This document shows positions 59,324 to 64,000 of a stretch of DNA of 64,000 nt, in pieces; positions within the stretch are counted from its first letter, which is position 1; each line of letters opens with the position of its first letter. The stretch lies in the NCBI GenBank assembly GCA_946534345.1, contig CAMNCL010000001.1:87175-151174 (forward strand), written 5' to 3'. This DNA comes from an uncultured Bacillales bacterium (lineage in GTDB: Bacteria; Bacillota_I; Bacilli_A; RF39; UBA660). Under the pieces are notes generated by a model. The model was not told the DNA's origin. It saw only the letters and a list, made by a program, of their open reading frames with translations, and searched no databases. The position numbers and the translations under genes are program-made.

Positions 59324-62300
59324 CTAAACCCACTTAATTCTAAAATTATTTTTACTTAAGAAATCAGTTATACTTTCCACATAATCTGAGTATGAACTAA
59401 GCTCTTTTATTATTTTATCGCTTAATTCTGGATATTTGTTTAATAATTCTTCTATTGTTCTTTCTACATTATCATTACCATTTATGCTAATTTTTTCTGG
59501 AAGGAATTTATTTAGTCTATTCGTTAATCTCGCCTGACTTGTTTTAGTTAATTCATCTAGTTTTTCTGTTCTAAAACTATCCATTCTTTTTTGATACCAT
59601 TTTCCTAATTCACTATCTTCAGGAATAGACAATTCAATTTCATATGTCCTTTCTTTACAATTAGTATATGTAACTACTTCTCCAGCTCTTTCTTCTACCG
59701 CTTCCATTGTTGAGATAGGATTAACTGTAGCATCTTTGATTTTAGCAGTTCCATCGTATATTCTATCACTACCATTTTTGGCATAATTTGAAGAAAAATC
59801 AATATTCATTTCACCGGCATGAATTCTTTTACTCAAATCAATATCTATATCAACATAATTACCATCTGGACCCTTTTTTCTTGTTCCATCTTTATTATAT
59901 ACATTATCTATAATGTTTTTTGATTCTAAGCTTTCATATTCTTCTTTCACCTTTTTAGACATCGATTGATTTATTTGATTTTCTGTTAGTTCTTTTCCCT
60001 CTTTTTTTGCTTTATCGATTATTTCCTGTCGTAATTCTTGCAACCTACTTTCTGTTATTGTGTATTTTGTTTCTGGTGTTTCATCTAAGCTTAGTCTGGT
60101 TTTCTCTACATCTAATATAACATATTCACCTGTTTGCATCAACAAATTACCATCTTTAGTTAATGCTAGTTTTGCCATGGCATCTCCATCTCTTATACAT
60201 AAAGCAGCATCTTTTAATTTAACAAATTCATCTTCGCTATCTATTAGTTTTCTTAATGAATCTCCATCTATTAAATCGCCTTTTCCGCAGTCGTTCATTA
60301 CTTCTTCTAACTTATCAACACACTCATACCACATTTCTTTATCATCAAAACTACTTATTCCTGATGTTGATTTACTATGTGTCATTGCTAGTAGTGCAGA
60401 AATTTGTGGGTCTATGCCGTCTGGTACTGTTTGTTCTTCCAATATTATTACTGCAGAATTAAGAGGGTGATTCTTTCTAACTGTTAGCGCTAGATTAAAC
60501 TCATTTATTTTAAAAGTTGCACCTTCACCTAATGTTTCCTTTATAGTTTTTTGTAATCCTTCAGGATCTAATGTTAAGTATTTTTTGTTATATTTTTCCA
60601 AGAATTCTGTTGCTTGTTCTTCAGATAATCCTATTTTCTTTAGATCTTTTACAGATGGTTTAAAAACTCCACCTTTCATACCTAAATCATGACATTCTGC
60701 ACTATATTTAATCATTTCAATTTCTTCCTCGGAAAATCCTGCTTTTTGTGCTAACTCAACGGCATAATCTCTAACTAATTTTGTGTGTAGTTCCGCATGT
60801 TCTCTAAAGTTTTTAAAGAATGCATTATAATTAACTCTTGCGACTTCCATTCCTTCATCATATAAATTTGACACTTTAGTTTCATATGCCTTCATATCAA
60901 TTTTCTTAAACAAATCTTCATCACATATTTTTCTTAAATCGTCGGTAGATAAATTATCATTTTTATTTATGACTCTATAAACGATTTGATTAAATATTTG
61001 CTTTTGCATATCATCGCCATACTTTGATAAGTCATCAAGCGTTAATTTAGAACCATCAATTTTAATTAAGTCAAATGATGCTCTTACAGCAAAATCTGCT
61101 TTTTGAGTATCATTCATCATATTTACTATTTTTATTATATCTCCACTTTCTAGCTTTTGAATATTTATATATATATCTTCACCTGCTAGATTATTAATTA
61201 TTCTTTGTATTGATGAATCATTATATTCTGTTAAATACTTTGTAAATGATGCACCCTTTTTGCCAGAAAGGAGATTGTCTGCTAACATTTTTGCTTTCTT
61301 AGGACTTATGAATCCTGATGTAACATTTCTCATTCCATCAGAAACTGTATTTAATCCAAAATATCCAATGATTTCAAATGTTAATAATGCTACATCTCCA
61401 GCTGTTAATTCTCCGCTTTTGGCTTTTTCTACAACTTTCATTATCTGAGGACTTGCTTGGAATCCAGCACCTATAAAATTCATAATAACATTTCCTTTTG
61501 AAAACATCATGTTTAGATTCTTTTCAGATATGAAGTCATTTTTTACAATAGTTGCAACTTCAGACCAGCTAGAAACTTTGGCAGCGTCTATCATTTGTCC
61601 TATTCCAGCACCTGCTTTAGCATTAAATGCCCAGGACATTGCTTCTAAGCCACCTCGGCCGATTATTTTTAAGTTATCTAATAATCCTAAAGTTAAATCA
61701 GTTTCTCCATTATATATGGCATTTTGATAAGCGCTTTCAGCTGCCTCTCCGGATCCTTTTAAGAATCCTAAACCTGCAAATGTTCCAATTATCAATGGAG
61801 TTGCTGTTCCTCCGGTAAATACTTCTACTGCGGCAGCAGCAGCAATTACAATTGTAACTTCTGCAAATGTAGTTATTCCTTTGGCTATCTTACTGTCATA
61901 TTTTATTAATGACTTTTGATTTATATATTTCCCTAAATCAGTTTCTTCATAAAGCTTTTTATTTATTTTTTCAACATGGTCTACTGCTGCAAATTTTCTT
62001 AAGTCGTTTGCAGCATCATCAGCACCTAATAAGTCGAGTGCCCCTGCAATTGCGTATCCAAATAATCCATCTATTATTATTGCTTCTAATATATTTCCTA
62101 GTGCACTCAATATAGAAGTTCCTATTACAGAACATGTTGCTAATTGAGAAACTTTTACATTTATTCTTTCTCTAATAAATCCTGTGAAATGTTTTCCTAT
62201 ATGAGCACCAGTATTTTTAAATGCATCCCAAAGATGATTAGATTCATTTTCTGTAAGTGGTAAACTAGTCATTCTAGCTCCAGTTGCATCAATGTTTCCT

Positions 62301-62920
62301 GTAGTTATTACAGGTCTTGAAGATTGCATTGTTTTACCTGCTACCTTTGCACCAGTGGCACTAACACCACCACCTCTACCAGCAATACCTGTAGTTATTC
62401 CAGTTAAACCTCCAGACTTTGAAGATGATTTAGTGCTACTACTTGAAGGTGATGACCAACTACCACCACCACCGCCACCAGAACCACTAGTAGCAGAAAA
62501 ACTACTTCCTCCTGTATTTGCAGTACTTCCTGTGGTATGGTTTCCAGGAATGTTAGTATTACTATCTAATGAAGTATCTTTATTAATCTCTCCTGTTGTT
62601 TGATTTATAGTATCTGTCTTAGTAGTTTCGTTTGTTAAGTTTTCACTTGTTACTTCACTTGAACTTGTAGTAGTATTTTCTATATTTACATTTTCTTTAA
62701 CAACTTTTTGAGCTTCAGTTGTTGCGGCTTTTGCTCCTTCTCCAAAGATATCTCCTAAATTTAATGTTGTCATTTCTGAAGATTTGTTAATCTCTCCAGT
62801 AGATTGTTCTACGGATGATAAATTGATAGTAGATTTATCAATTGATGAACCACCGATAGAAGAGGCTTTGCTTCCTACTGGTCCGGTACTAATATTATGA
62901 TCTGTTATAAAATAACCCAT
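59324..62920 (-). CDS. Giant (1198-aa) signal-less multidomain protein: S/T/G-rich N-terminus, Gly-zipper hydrophobic module, HD-hydrolase-like domain
   Basis: The N-terminus 'MGYFITDHNISTGP' is not a signal peptide. 'SGSGGGGGGSWSSPSSSS' is low complexity. Hydrophobic 'AIIIDGLFGYAIAGALDLLGA' and 'VTIVIAAAAAVEVFTGGTATPLIIGTFAGLGFL'. '..ELHTKL..' and 'YSAECHDLGMKGG' give an H...HD pattern, then 'RKNHP...AMTHSKS'. Confidence 0.75.
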   Translation of the reverse strand: MGYFITDHNISTGPVGSKASSIGGSSIDKSTINLSSVEQSTGEINKSSEMTTLNLGDIFGEGAKAATTEAQKVVKENVNIENTTTSSSEVTSENLTNETTKTDTINQTTGEINKDTSLDSNTNIPGNHTTGSTANTGGSSFSATSGSGGGGGGSWSSPSSSSTKSSSKSGGLTGITTGIAGRGGGVSATGAKVAGKTMQSSRPVITTGNIDATGARMTSLPLTENESNHLWDAFKNTGAHIGKHFTGFIRERINVKVSQLATCSVIGTSILSALGNILEAIIIDGLFGYAIAGALDLLGADDAANDLRKFAAVDHVEKINKKLYEETDLGKYINQKSLIKYDSKIAKGITTFAEVTIVIAAAAAVEVFTGGTATPLIIGTFAGLGFLKGSGEAAESAYQNAIYNGETDLTLGLLDNLKIIGRGGLEAMSWAFNAKAGAGIGQMIDAAKVSSWSEVATIVKNDFISEKNLNMMFSKGNVIMNFIGAGFQASPQIMKVVEKAKSGELTAGDVALLTFEIIGYFGLNTVSDGMRNVTSGFISPKKAKMLADNLLSGKKGASFTKYLTEYNDSSIQRIINNLAGEDIYINIQKLESGDIIKIVNMMNDTQKADFAVRASFDLIKIDGSKLTLDDLSKYGDDMQKQIFNQIVYRVINKNDNLSTDDLRKICDEDLFKKIDMKAYETKVSNLYDEGMEVARVNYNAFFKNFREHAELHTKLVRDYAVELAQKAGFSEEEIEMIKYSAECHDLGMKGGVFKPSVKDLKKIGLSEEQATEFLEKYNKKYLTLDPEGLQKTIKETLGEGATFKINEFNLALTVRKNHPLNSAVIILEEQTVPDGIDPQISALLAMTHSKSTSGISSFDDKEMWYECVDKLEEVMNDCGKGDLIDGDSLRKLIDSEDEFVKLKDAALCIRDGDAMAKLALTKDGNLLMQTGEYVILDVEKTRLSLDETPETKYTITESRLQELRQEIIDKAKKEGKELTENQINQSMSKKVKEEYESLESKNIIDNVYNKDGTRKKGPDGNYVDIDIDLSKRIHAGEMNIDFSSNYAKNGSDRIYDGTAKIKDATVNPISTMEAVEERAGEVVTYTNCKERTYEIELSIPEDSELGKWYQKRMDSFRTEKLDELTKTSQARLTNRLNKFLPEKISINGNDNVERTIEELLNKYPELSDKIIKELSSYSDYVESITDFLSKNNFRIKWV

Positions 62921-63159
62921 AGAACATCTTCCTTTTGCTTATTTTTTATCCTAAATTAAGTATAGCATATGCCCAGAATTATATAATATAAAAAATGTTT
63001 ACTTTACGTTAAATAACTGTAGATAAAAATGATTTAATCAAAGTATTTATATGTATCATGTATTTTTGTACCATGTATATAACTATGTTACTTACTCAAA
63101 GTACATCGTTTCTATTTTTCGGAAAAACTATATATAGTATAAAGAATATGTCAAGTTTA

Positions 63160-63196
63160 CAAAAAAGCAATGATATTTGTAATTTTGTGTGATAAT
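63160..63196 (+). promoter_or_regulatory. Promoter with extended -10 'tgtgataat' in the divergent intergenic region
   Basis: TGnTATAAT-like element about 22 nt upstream of the GGAGG RBS of the 63219 gene. Confidence 0.45.
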
Positions 63197-63218
63197 ATTA
63201 GTATAGGAGGTAATAATT

Positions 63219-63512
63219 ATGGGAGAAAGAATACATGTAGAAGAAAGTGCACTAAATGAATTAAAGAGTGCTTTAGAAACAGCAGGTAATGGATATAAAA
63301 GAGAACTTGCTAGATTAACTGCTTTAATTGAAGAAATCACAAGTGGTCATATACAGGGAGACCCTGCTGAGGATTTATTAGCTAAGTATAAAGCTAAGGA
63401 AGATGATTTCAAATCTCTTGCAAAAGCAATAGATGATGCTGAAGAATATGCAGGAGTTAAAGGAACAAGTTTTACAGATATGATTACAGAATTAAAACAA
63501 AGAGCAAAATAG
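63219..63512 (+). CDS. Small alpha-helical protein, WXG100-like / LXG-associated (DUF3130-type?)
   Basis: 97 aa, predicted helical hairpin, strong GGAGG RBS, first gene of a tight operon. Confidence 0.5.
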   Translation: MGERIHVEESALNELKSALETAGNGYKRELARLTALIEEITSGHIQGDPAEDLLAKYKAKEDDFKSLAKAIDDAEEYAGVKGTSFTDMITELKQRAK

Positions 63513-63527
63513 AAGGGAAGATGAATT

Positions 63528-63797
63528 ATGAATTTAACAATAATGCCAGGAGCAGCTACAGAAGATGTGGCTCAAATTGAAAGTCTTGTTCAAAATATTG
63601 ATGAATATATGACTGAACTAAATGATGTAATAAAAAAATTAATACCTAGTGGAATAGAAACAGATTGGTCTGAAGAATTATTAAATAAATGGACTGAATG
63701 CTACAATGGAAGTGTACAAAATGCCATGGAAGGTATGCTTTTAAGTGCTAAGAACTTAAAAATGGCTATTGATGCAGCATTAGAATATAATAAATAA
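63528..63797 (+). CDS. Small alpha-helical protein, second LXG-associated-like (DUF3958-type?)
   Basis: 89 aa, helical, contains W..W ('ETDWSEELLNKW'). 15-nt spacing from the upstream gene. Confidence 0.5.
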   Translation: MNLTIMPGAATEDVAQIESLVQNIDEYMTELNDVIKKLIPSGIETDWSEELLNKWTECYNGSVQNAMEGMLLSAKNLKMAIDAALEYNK

Positions 63798-63820
63798 TTA
63801 GAAGGTGAAACGTGAGTAAT

Positions 63821-64000
63821 ATGTTACCTGTTGGAAGCAAGGTAAAATTAAAAGATGGAAGAATTTTGGTAATAATTGGTTATTTACCAAATAAACCTAA
63901 TGATGAAAAACTATATGATTATATTTGCTGCAGAAATATATATGGTATTAGACACAAAAAAGAAGATTTAGTTTTAGATAGAGATTATTTTTATATAAAC
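63821..64000 (+). CDS. DUF4176-like small protein; 3' end beyond the window
   Basis: 'MLPVGSKVKLKDGRILVIIGYLP' fits the remembered DUF4176 pattern MLP.GS.V.LK.G....I. No stop before nt 64000. Confidence 0.5.
   Translation, partial: MLPVGSKVKLKDGRILVIIGYLPNKPNDEKLYDYICCRNIYGIRHKKEDLVLDRDYFYIN

Noticed and set aside
60060-62603. Six + strand ORFs (60060..60470, 60256..60462, 61260..61448, 61509..61727, 61627..61818, 61909..62115, 62292..62603) antisense to the giant gene
   Set aside because: They are mirror images of the Gly/Ser/Pro-rich and hydrophobic parts of the 1198-aa ORF (for example the PPPPPP run is the antisense of GGGGGG). None has an RBS or promoter.
59324-62920. Giant protein as a phage tape-measure protein or prophage remnant
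   Set aside because: No capsid, portal, terminase, tail or integrase genes occur anywhere in the window. An internal HD hydrolase domain and an S/T/G-rich N-terminus are not tape-measure features.
1-64000. Mollicutes-type genetic code (TGA = Trp) suggested by the extreme AT content
   Set aside because: Several well-supported genes terminate at TGA (for example the ORF ending at 16829) immediately before the next gene's RBS. The standard code 11 fits all conserved proteins.
1-64000. CRISPR arrays, transposases/IS elements, integrases
   Set aside because: No direct-repeat/spacer periodicity was seen, and no DDE or tyrosine-recombinase-like ORFs. The only repeats are the 42.5-44 kb gene duplication and short low-complexity coding repeats.

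Overview
This is a very AT-rich, low-GC Bacillota-type chromosomal segment, and TGA is used as a stop codon, so it is not Mollicutes. It looks Erysipelotrichia-like, but that is a guess from gene content and style, not a search result. Most genes are on the + strand with tight spacing, many extended -10 promoters (TGnTATAAT) and classic rho-independent terminators.

The backbone is housekeeping. It includes a PBP 3' fragment, rpmG, efp, ftsK, deoD, an M16 peptidase pair, lepA, hemW, tmk, a P-type Ca-ATPase, tkt, uvrC, mutL, miaA, rpsT, yidD, rnc, an RNase J-like gene and three tRNAs (Arg-CCG, Thr-CGU, Arg-CCU).

Several accessory or unusual pockets sit in this backbone:
- A divergent type IV filament module: a GspE/PilB/ComGA-like ATPase with a long Pro/Gln-rich C-terminal tail, facing two prepilin genes, one of them cysteine-rich. 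A third, 766-aa prepilin-like protein lies 30 kb away.
- A tandem five-gene family of small membrane proteins. Two members carry a duplicated ectodomain whose last ~250 bp are near-identical, consistent with gene conversion.
- At the right end, a 1198-aa secretion-signal-less protein (S/T/G-rich N-terminus, Gly-zipper hydrophobic core, internal HD-hydrolase motifs) with a small acidic downstream ORF, which may be an immunity gene. It is divergently adjacent to a locus (two ~90-aa helical proteins plus a DUF4176-like ORF) that looks like the start of a type VII (T7SSb) LXG-effector cassette cut by the window end.

I saw no CRISPR array, prophage, transposase or integrase. All domain calls come from motif recognition by eye, and no database search was possible.
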